64,000 nt of DNA from Paraspadella gotoi. Its lineage: Eukaryota; Animalia; Chaetognatha. The stretch lies in assembly GCA_051294375.1 (NCBI GenBank), contig CM119263.1:4612126-4676125 (forward strand). The letters are read 5' to 3'. The notes beneath the pieces are model-generated. The model ran no database searches. It had not been told where the DNA came from and saw nothing but the letters and a program-made list of their open reading frames with translations. Shown piece by piece: positions 26,701 through 36,771 of this stretch (position 1 is its first letter; each line of letters starts with the position of its first letter). Made by a program: the position numbers and the translations under genes.

Positions 26701-29700
26701 CGATGAGGTGGCGGGGGCTGCGGCGGCGGCGGCAGCGGCAGCGGCAGCGGCAGCGGCGGCGGCGGGAAATCGCGTCCCTTCGTTGGAAGAAGAGGAAAAC
26801 GACGATTTGAGAAAAGTTTTAGGAAAAAAAAAATCGCCGGAAATGACGTCGACGCCGAAATCGACGCCGAGAAAATTGCCGGAGTCGCCGGGAGAAGCGC
26901 CGATCGAAGCGTCGTCTACGAAAGCGGCGCCGGACCCGCCCACTTCGACACCGGCGGCGTCATCGTCGACGCCCGTGGAGCGAAAACCGTCGAAGAAAAA
27001 GAAAAAACGCGATTCTTTACCGAGACAAAATTCCAACGCGTCCAATTCCGAAATCGTTTACGCCGACGTAGAGATAGCGGCGCCCTCCACGTCTTCCTTC
27101 AAACCCCCGCCGTCGGACGGCGTCATCTACGAACCGGTGGTGCCACCGGGCGGAGTCGTTGGTCCCGAGGATGGAATCGCACCGGCGCCGGAGGAGTCGC
27201 CCGTCAAACCGGCGCGCCTGGCGCGACCGGATGAGTCGAAGACGACTGAGACGACGCCGGGAGAGACGACGCCGTGGCGTCGTGTTCCCGGCGTCAGATC
27301 CAGAAAATCCTCTAAGTCAAAAACGCCGTCGACGGAGGAAGATGCGCCGGCGGCGTCTGCGGCGGACACGCCCATCCGTGGGACGACGACGCCGGTCGAA
27401 GAGATGGCGCCATCTTTGCCCGCGAAGAAGAATCGAAAACCGAAGGTGACAGGGAGAGAGAAAGGACAGAGGTTGTTGGTCAGTCTGTATTACCGTCTGT
27501 ACGTCTGTCTGTCTGTTTTTCTGTCTGTTAGTGTGTTGACTATTATTAGCAATTTGTTTTTAAAATTTTTTAAATCAAACAGGTTTAATTATTAAAAGAT
27601 TAAACGATTTAGTAGTTGATAATAAACTATAGTACTAATTCTATATATCTGTCAAGATCTATACTTGTGGATAAGGCGCTAAGTGGGCTGAAGATGACTA
27701 TCCGTAACTTCTATAACCCCTTTAGTAGCCATGGAACGGGTCCTGGGCTTGGAACCAGGCTTGAGGGTTGCCACGCCCCCAAGGCGGCTTACGGCCGTCC
27801 TTACGCTTCCACAGGGTAGGTACCGGGTTGGGATTGAACCCGGTACCTAGTGGTCATGAGCTGATGGCTTTACTCAATGAGCCACCGGGTCAGGACTGAA
27901 GGTGTCATGCTTATAGGCGGGGTGAACCTAGGCAATGCCCGACTACATGCCCCCAAGATTGTAACCCACCCTGCACTGCTTCCAGTGGAGGGAGGGGAGC
28001 AATCTTCAGCACGTCCATGGGCCTGGAATCAGAAGGTTGGAATACGCTCGACAGGATGGGCTCACCAGTGTGGATAAGGCGCTAAGTGGGCTGAAGATGA
28101 CTATCCGTAACTTCTATAACCCCCTTTAGTAGCCATGGAACGGGTCCTGGGCTTGGAACCAGGCTTGAGGGGTTGCCACGCCCCAAGGCGGCTTACGGCC
28201 GTCCTCACGCTTCCCACTGGGTAGGTACCGGGTTGGGATTGAACCCGGTACCTAGTGGTCATGAGCTGATGGCCTTACTCAATGAGCCACCGGGTCAGGA
28301 CTGAAGGTGTCATGCTTATAGGCGGGGGAACCTAGGCAATGCCCGACTACATACTTGAATTTTAAATTTTGATAATTTACTTTTTCATTTTGTGATTTTC
28401 TGCTCGGATTGCTTTCAGCTTTTCTACAGTCTAATAGTGTCAAAATAATGTACATATTTTTGATAACTTTTCTACCTGTTTTGTTCCCTACTCTTCTATC
28501 GCCTCAACTTTGAAACGTAAACGCGAATTTTCGTTTTCTCAGGAAAAAAAGCGCCGGTCCAGCAAGAGCGCCGGGGACGCCGACGAAGAAAACGCCGGCG
28601 ACGTAGACGAGACTGAAGTCAAAATCCCTCTGGACGAAGAGCAGATGTTGGCGAGGAAGAAGAGAGAAGAGAAGGAGAAGAAGAAGAAGAAGAAGAAGAT
28701 GGAGGACGAAGACGAGGAAGATGATTTGATTCTTCCTCCAGATTTGACGGGAGATTTCGTCAACGACTCTCGTCGACCGTTGAGGGCGTCGACGCCTGAT
28801 GGAGTGGAAGAGGGTGAGAGGGAGAGGGGAGAGGGGGAGGGAGTGGGAGAGAGAGCGAGTGGGAGAGGGGGGAAGGAAGAAAAAATAAGTAATTGACATA
28901 GTTGAAAAAATATCACTACTTTGATAGGGAAGCAAAAAAGCAAGACAGTGAGATAGTCTTGAATAAAAGTTTACGAGGGCCTGCTGCGGTATGTTTTTAT
29001 TTCGTCAAAGAGATGAAGGCCATAACCAGGGCCAAGGTAGCTTATTTTTTTAATGATTTCTTATTTTTTGTACCAATTTCATAAAGGGGGAGACGAGAAA
29101 TAAGGATAGTTGAAAAAAATACAAGAGAGGAATCTAGAGTTACCTGTGGGATGAATGAGTTTTTGATCCGGCGGAATGCTAAATAGAAATCATCGGTAAA
29201 CAAAAAACTAAGTTCTTTAATTTAAAAAAATCTAACATTAACATTAACATTTAACATTAATTAAAAGAAAAAAATGCTGCCAAAAAAAAAACAAAGAAAG
29301 ATCAGCGATGCTTCTTTTCGCTTTTTTTTCGTTGGTGAAATCTTTTGGGTGTCAAAACAAAATTCGAAAAACTAAAATCACATTTTCTTCGACTCTCGAA
29401 ATTCAAGGTTCGACTTTGGGTCCGATGTTCTGACTAAATACGTTCATTTGTTTAATTTCGTGACCAACGGCTCATTTGCATAGTAGAAATATTTTGTTTT
29501 GATAAGCCCGTTTGACAAAATAAAAACTTAAAAAAGAAAAAAAATGTATAAAATATTTTTTTTGATTAAAAATCTCTTGGTAAAGATTTCAACTTTTCCT
29601 CGTCTACAAAATTTGGTTTTAAAATCAACAATTTCAACTGAGAAACATTCTAGTATTGTTATCAATAACTAAGTTGGTCAACCGAGCGTTCTTATTTCGG

Positions 29701-30560
29701 GCACATGTAAAAAATTTTCATCCGAAATTGTCCTAGTTATCGCTTCTCGGCCTTTTGGCTAAGATCAAAGTGTAGTATCTGTTCTTATCAGCTTAATATC
29801 TGATACGGTCCGCACTGCGGGCCCAGAATATTAAACTGATTTTTGAGCATCGGAGGAGCGCTCAGTGCTTGCACGGCCTCCTCCACGGGTCAGCCCGGTA
29901 TTGCAGTACCTCCGGGATTGGCCCATCACCCTTTGGGTGAATATTTTCAATAGAAATAATTAATGTAAAACTACTCGTATTTCAAGTCAATGGAATGATT
30001 AGTTTTATTATTGCACCTTTCCTATTCAATAAAAGGAACCACTTCCATTTGCAATCTTGCAATCCCCATCTCTCCCCCCCCTCTCCTCTAGGCATCCCCA
30101 CAACACCCAAATCGCCCATGAGCAACGACGACGACTCTGGAGGAACTTCGCTTCTGGAGCCATCGTCGTTGATGTCGCCGCCGTTCTTCACTCAAACCTC
30201 ATTGGTGGACACCGTGTTGGAGGAACACGACGAAGGAGGGACCATCAACAGATCATTGTGAGTTCTTTGCTGGTTACTGTTGGTCGTTGCCATTGCTCGT
30301 TGCTGTTGATTGCTGACGATTTTTAAAAAATATATATATTACAACTGAGAGATTAATTCCTGTCAAAAATGTCAACATTGTGAAACTTGACTCCATCAGA
30401 CGAAACTCGATCATCCGTGATGATTTAGTGACTCACCTCATTCTTCAATCCGTCGACAAACTCATCTTCGTCGTGGGCAACGTAAACAAGTGAGTCGTCA
30501 AAGTTTCCTGACTTACTTTTCAGTTTTAAAAAAAAACTAGTATTTACGAACTCAACATTA

Positions 30561-30601
<41 letters not shown>

Positions 30602-31861
30602 TCTCTCTTTCTCTCTCCCTCTCCATCCCTCTCCTACTCACAGATGCAGCAACCAATGCCTCGCCATCCAAGACACCATCACTCTCTTGGAGCCTCTTTT
30701 AAGCGAATTAGAGGTGCAATGGAAAAAATTGTCGAGACGGCGAAGGCGACACCTGGACCTCTACCTCTCCTGCATCTATCAGGTTGGGCTAGTTTGGTCT
30801 AGGATAAGTTTTAGCTGGGTTGGTTGGTCCAGGGTAAATTTAAGCTGGGCTAGGTTGCTCTAAAATATGTTTGGGCTGAGCTATGTTGGTCTTGGATAAG
30901 TTTGCGATGGGCTAAGGTGGACTAGGATAAGTTTGAGCTAGAATAGGGTGGTCTAGGATAAGTCTAAGCTGAGCTAGGTTAGTCTAGAATAAGTTTGGGC
31001 TGGGATGGGTTTTTCTAATATAATTTTGGGCTCGGCTGGGTTGCTCATTCTTTTTTTTTTCTTTTCGGCTGGTGATAGTTTTTTTTATATGCACAAGAAT
31101 CGTCGGTATTCTATTTTTAAATTTAAAATTAAACATTTATTATACAAAAAGCTAATCATTCAATTGATTCTTTAATTTTCCCAGTGGTTGGACTACGTGG
31201 AACAAATCATAATCAAATGCTCCGCCGAAATTCCCAACTACAAAGTTTTCCATCATCTCCTTCGAGCGGTCAAGGGTGTCGGGTTCAGGTCGGCGAAATA
31301 TTGACTCTGAAGAAACAGTAATAATTGTTATATGGTAGTGACAGAACCATTTAATATAAGCAGTCCCTGAGCTTCGGATCAGGCTGTAACACCACATACA
31401 GGCGGGTTTTAGTCCACCATAATTCTTAATACATACATTAAATAAACTACGTCATCTTTTTAAAAAAAAAGTTTTTGAACTAATTTTTTTATATCTTTAA
31501 ATTAAGAAAAAATTAGTGGACGCGAATCTGAAGATTCGATCCGCGGAACAACATCTGGTGACGGCGATGATCACGTGCAACCTTCAGGTGATTGAGTCAT
31601 ATCGTGTCATGTCATTGTCATGTGATATGATGTCATGAATTTCTTTAATTTATTTGCATGTTTCGCTTGTCAGAAAACCGATCGGTAATTATGTCTCTCT
31701 CCCCTTAAGGTATCCGCGAAAAGTCGGAGTTTAGCCTTCGAAGACGTTCGCAGTCTCCTTGACAACGAAGGGAAGATTGTCAACAAACAACTTCATCGAA
31801 CGGCGCAGGTAAGAGGCGCTAAGGGTCATTCACTCCCTCTCTGTCGTTTTTCCTCGAGTTA

Positions 31862-31934
<73 letters not shown>

Positions 31935-32768
31935 GGATCTGTACGAAAAACAACTGAAGATGGAGAGAAAGATCGTGGAGAAACTCTCGAAGAAAGAGAA
32001 GAAGCACAGGGCGGCTGTCAATAGAGAGGAAGGAGAGGAAACAGTTTCCGAAGAGGTTTTGATTGAATGATTGATTGATTTCATTTGGTTGATGATTTGG
32101 ATTTGAATGATTGATTGATTTCATTCGGTTGATGATTTGGATTTGAATGATTGATTGATTTCGTTTATTTTATTGATGGATAGATTGATTTAAGACTAGT
32201 CATTGAATGTTTTATCCATAGTTAAAAGTGTGATTGGCTGATTGAGTAACTGACTGATTGATTAATTAATTGAAGGTTCCGGAACGAGTGGGCGACTTGA
32301 TGGTGGACACATCTCCGAAACAAGAGCTCGGGACAATCGCTGAGGAAGAACCAGACGAAAACGAAAACGTGGAAACGGTAAATAAAATGGAATTCAAATT
32401 TAATTCAATTCTACGTTAATATTAATGTTTACTTACTGAATTAAAGAAAGAATGATAATACTTTTTAATAATTCGTATAATAAGAATAAAAAAACATTTT
32501 AAGAAAAACGATAGTAAGACATGAGAAAAAATCCAAACTGCTACAATCGGTAAATGTTTCTCACGAGATTTCTCACGATGATCTTCCACCGCAACGAAAC
32601 GGGACGATCAAAATGGCGGACAAATGATCATCGACTCAGCGACCTCCACGGGTTTAAAACAAAATGACATCAAAATTCCAAAACTTCAACATTAAATCTA
32701 TTTTGTAGAAGTTTCGTCTTTCCCATCCTTTGTTTCCCCCCCCTCCCCCCGTTTCATCTCCAATGTAA
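23680..32768 (+). CDS. Paralogue A: multi-exon protein with a very long acidic disordered region and a C-terminal MLKL/RPW8-like helical bundle plus coiled coil
   Basis: Approximate exons 23680-23995, 24669-24886, 25355-27445, 28543-28813, 30092-30257, 30400-30489, 30644-30782, 31185-31288, 31507-31587, 31710-31808, 31937-32055, 32276-32377, 32709-32768 with GT-AG ends. The last exons align exon for exon with paralogue B. One homopolymer frameshift near 31507 is needed. Confidence 0.75.
27666..28351 (-). mobile_element. Intact TRIM (miniature LTR retrotransposon) with a tRNA-like module in each LTR; Helenus-like
   Basis: Direct repeats 27666-27947 and 28069-28351, both TG...CA. The 4-bp TSD TACT lies at 27662-27665 and 28352-28355. 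The 121-bp interior has a PBS-like TGGTGAGCCCATCC next to one LTR and a G-rich TTGGGGGCA next to the other (minus strand). Confidence 0.9.
29474..29481. promoter_or_regulatory. Octamer motif (ATTTGCAT), candidate distal sequence element of the U2 gene
   Basis: Perfect octamer about 260 bp upstream of the U2 start, near the typical DSE position. Confidence 0.5.
29739..29928 (+). ncRNA. U2: U2 spliceosomal snRNA
   Basis: ATCGCTTCTCGGCCTTTTGGCTAAGATCAAAGTGTAGTATCTGTTCTTATCAG 5' end with the branch-pairing GTAGTA, Sm site ATTTTTG, and stem-loop IV loop ATTGCAGTAC; full length about 190 nt. Confidence 0.98.
30783..31045. repeat. About 30-bp minisatellite at the start of an intron
   Basis: Degenerate copies of gctgggctaggttggtctaggataagtttg. 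Confidence 0.8.
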
Positions 32769-33115
32769 AAAAAGTGCAGCATGTAGTGGAATATTTCGTT
32801 GTTTCCTTTTGAGACTTTGTTTATTTTAAGTTCGTTTGTACATTTTTGTTTTTCAATTCGCGATCATTAATTCTTCCAAACGAGAATCAAATTCAATACG
32901 GCGACTGTTAAAAAAAAGTTATTCTCCTTCCCCCCTACTACGATTAAATTTGGAAAATTAAAATGTTTTTTTTTTAATTTCTTGCAGTTGAAATGAATTT
33001 AAATCTAAAACTAATATAAACAAAATCGGAGGAAGAAAGTAAAAAAGAAAATAAACTAACAACCCTTAAAACAAGAACAAGAACAGCAATTACGCCTACA
33101 ACAACAACCACAAAG

Positions 33116-34224
33116 ATGGCGGATTCAGAAACTCCACAAGTGAAACTGGAAGTGAATTCAGAGACGAAGAATCGATTGATGTCAGATGACGAACCTCCGC
33201 TCCGATCTTCCACGCCTGATCACATGATTCCCAAAGGTATAAATCTTTACAAAACATATTAAACAACTTATCAAACTAATGAAATATGCAAATGAGATTA
33301 GGAATATGCTAATATTTTCCCTTGTCTTTTTTTGTCCTTCTCTTTCTATTCTTTGCTTAATCATTTCCGTCCTCCTTCAATAACTCCCGCTCACCTCCGC
33401 AGTCTCTTCTGCTACCGCCAGCCCCCAGAACCCTTCCAACGACTCTTCAGGCGCATCCGGCCTCGACGTCACCCTCTCTCCTCCCAAACTGCCCGTCGTA
33501 TCCGCCGGAGCAGCCGCGTCGGCCTCCGCCGCAGCCGGACCGCGCGGCCCAACGAGGCCATACAAAAGAGACTACGACGACGAGGATAATGACGACGGTG
33601 GCGACGACGACGAAGAATTCAGAGTGTGAGAAAATGTTGTATTGTTTGTTTTCGTAAATTTTGTTTAAAATATATATTCCAGGCATTTAAATAATTATTT
33701 CTTGTTTTATAGTTTAATTTGTCCTTACGTCGGTCGTTTAATTTCTGTTATCTTTTTCTTTCTCCCATTTCCGCAACTTTTCCAGTTTTTATTGTTTGTT
33801 TCTCTGTATTTTGCAGAAGGAGACCATCAGTCAATAGAGAAGATTTGCTTACAAACATCATGTTGGACTACGTTTGCAATTTGACGACCATCATCGAGAA
33901 GTCAAACAAGTGAGAGTAAAATTTAATAATTTAAAAATTTAAAAACTTCATCTGCTAAACAAACGGCGCCAGCAACGAGATATTTTTAAAAAAAATAGAA
34001 CCCAGGTAAATATAAATGTGATTTAATTTAATTTGATATAAGTGGATTTCAACGTAAATCAACGGAAAACGCAATTGCAGACACGGGAACCAATGCCTCG
34101 CCATCCAAGACACAGTGACTCTGATGCAACCGCTCATCGATGAATTGCAACTGCAATGGAAGAATCTTTCGCGAAGAAGAAGACGACATCTCGATATTTA
34201 TCTCTCTTGTCTCTTGCAGGTTTT

Positions 34225-34302
<78 letters not shown>

Positions 34303-34323
34303 AAAGAGAGAGAGAGAGAGAGA

Positions 34324-34356
<33 letters not shown>

Positions 34357-34411
34357 TCTGTTAAGTTTTTTTGGCAAGGAAAATTCGAACTGTATTAGGT
34401 CTGTCCCCTGT

Positions 34412-34478
<67 letters not shown>

Positions 34479-34480
34479 AA

Positions 34481-34529
<49 letters not shown>

Positions 34530-34946
34530 GTCTGTCCCCTGTAGGGTTGAGGAGGCATATTTGCTTATTTTAGGGTTTAAGGCGATATAGATCATTTGAG
34601 GTGTAAAGTATATTTGTTTTCAGAAGTTAAATATGAAAATAAAATATTCGTTTAACAAACAAATTACGTTTCCTACTAATTTTAAAAAGGATAATGAGGC
34701 CTCAATTGTAAAGCAAAACCCAACTCTATCACAAATTTTTGGTTCATTGAAATTGTACATATTTTATCTACCTAATTTTATTAAATTGGTCTTAACAACA
34801 ATACGAAACAAATTTATAACTTGTCTTTATTCACTAGTGGCTCGACTATATTGAATATCTTTTGATGAAATGTTGCGACGACATTCCGAAATATCAACTT
34901 TTTCATCATCTTTTCAAAGCCGTAAAAGGAGTGTCGCTCAGGTAAA

Positions 34947-35006
<60 letters not shown>

Positions 35007-35014
35007 CTCTCTCT

Positions 35015-35094
<80 letters not shown>

Positions 35095-36187
35095 CGCCTT
35101 ACTCCCTTTCTTTTTTATAAGGAGAAAAATTATCGACACAAATCTAAAAATCCGCTCCGCTGTGCAACATTTGTTAACCGCGATGATAACTTGTAATGTT
35201 CAGGTAAATAAAACCAAAACAGATCAAAAAGAATGTTTTTTTCGTGTTTTTTTTTTTAACAAATTTCTTGCCTCAGATTTCTTCTCAATGTCGAAATCAA
35301 ATCTTCGATGACATTCGCAAAGTTCTTGAGACCGAAGGACCAATCACGAAAAAGCAGCTCAACAGCACCGCGCAGGTAAGGTTCTCGGGTAGGGTAAGGA
35401 AGTCAGCTTATGATTAAACTCGCCTATCAAATTCATCAGAAAATCAAACGCTCACTAAGAAACTATCTTGTGCTCCCTCTGTTAAAACGCCGGTCTATGT
35501 ACATTTCAACTCGCACTCAGTTTTGAGCAAATGTGTAAATCTTTTTGTTTGTCAATTTTCGTGTTTCTTCGTAAATCGTATCATATTTTGTCAGGAATTG
35601 TACGAGAAACAACTCGAGATGGAGAAAAAGATTTTGGAAAAATTACGAAAGAAAGAAAAGAAGCACAGAGCAACGATGAGTGGAGGAGGTGAAGGGACGG
35701 ATATTTCTGAAAAGGTAAATAGTAAGATGTCCTTCAAATGTAATTTAATATCAAACATGGTACAGGTACAATATCTTTTTATTATGACCAATACGTCGAT
35801 ATATTTGAGAGATTATCTTCAGGGCCATACGAGTGAGATACTGTGAGATACTGCCTTTTTTTCACTTATATGTAAACTGAACTAATTCGAATATCGGTCC
35901 ATGAACATTTATCTCTTCAAATTATTATTCTATGTGTCTTATCCGATCCATTCTAATTCATTCAAATTCATTCAAATCCATTCTAATCCATTCTAATCCA
36001 TTTTAATCCATTCTAATCCATTTGAAACCATTCTAATCTAACCAATCAATCCTATCAGCCACCGGAAAGAGTTGGAGACCTGACGGTCGAAACCGCGCCG
36101 AAGAAAGAATTGGCAGCGATCTCAGAGGAGGCGGAAGAAGCGGAGGGGAAGATTATGGTGAGAGATGATTGATTGATTGATTGATTA

Positions 36188-36222
<35 letters not shown>

Positions 36223-36381
36223 CTTTTCTGATAAATTTATACACTATCGCAGTGTAAGACATGCTATATTTCAAACTCTCAATTGTTAGATAATTTTAAG
36301 GCTCAAATTATAATTTTTTTTAAGGTTTTGCCCGAAGTTCATCCCGTTCCAAAAGTCGCCACCAAAGTAGAAGCGAATTAA
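33116..36381 (+). CDS. Paralogue B: short form with the same MLKL/RPW8-like helical domain and coiled coil
   Basis: Approximate exons 33116-33237, 33403-33625, 33817-33909, 34081-34219, 34838-34941, 35122-35203, 35278-35376, 35595-35714, 36059-36157, 36325-36381. Example: NQCLAIQDTVTLMQPLIDELQLQWKNLSRRRRRHLDIYLSCLLQWLDYIE versus A NQCLAIQDTITLLEPLLSELEVQWKKLSRRRRRHLDLYLSCIYQWLDYVE. Confidence 0.8.
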
Positions 36382-36771
36382 AAGTCTTGAGGCGTCAGAT
36401 GGAACAACCATTGCATTGTATTTCATTGCGGATTTTGTTTCTTGCATTTTGTTTGTAATTTTTTGGTCGTCTACTTTTTATGTTTGTACGAGCATGCCAG
36501 TTTTTTTTTTCATTAAATTTACGGCTTACGGATAATTTTAGTTGTTTATTTTTGTTAAATGACAGTGAGACTTACTTCTTCATAACTAGTCTTAAAAAGG
36601 AAACTCTGAAACTTCACTGCGCAAAAAAAAATTATCATTTTTGAATCATGAACAATCGATTTGGTGTATATTTCCTTTCGATTACTTTCAACGTGGACAG
36701 GACAATAAATTGTTATTTATCGTGATAGGATCCGGATTTCACAGCAACAGGTTACCATGGCGACCGACCCT

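Noticed and set aside
25762-27045. Antisense poly-Ser ORFs
   Set aside because: They are shadow frames of the Asp/Glu-rich exon on the plus strand.
27810-27890. Functional tRNA gene or hammerhead ribozyme (CTGATG core)
   Set aside because: There is no convincing acceptor/anticodon cloverleaf and no complete CUGANGA...GAAA core; it is explained as the tRNA-like LTR module.
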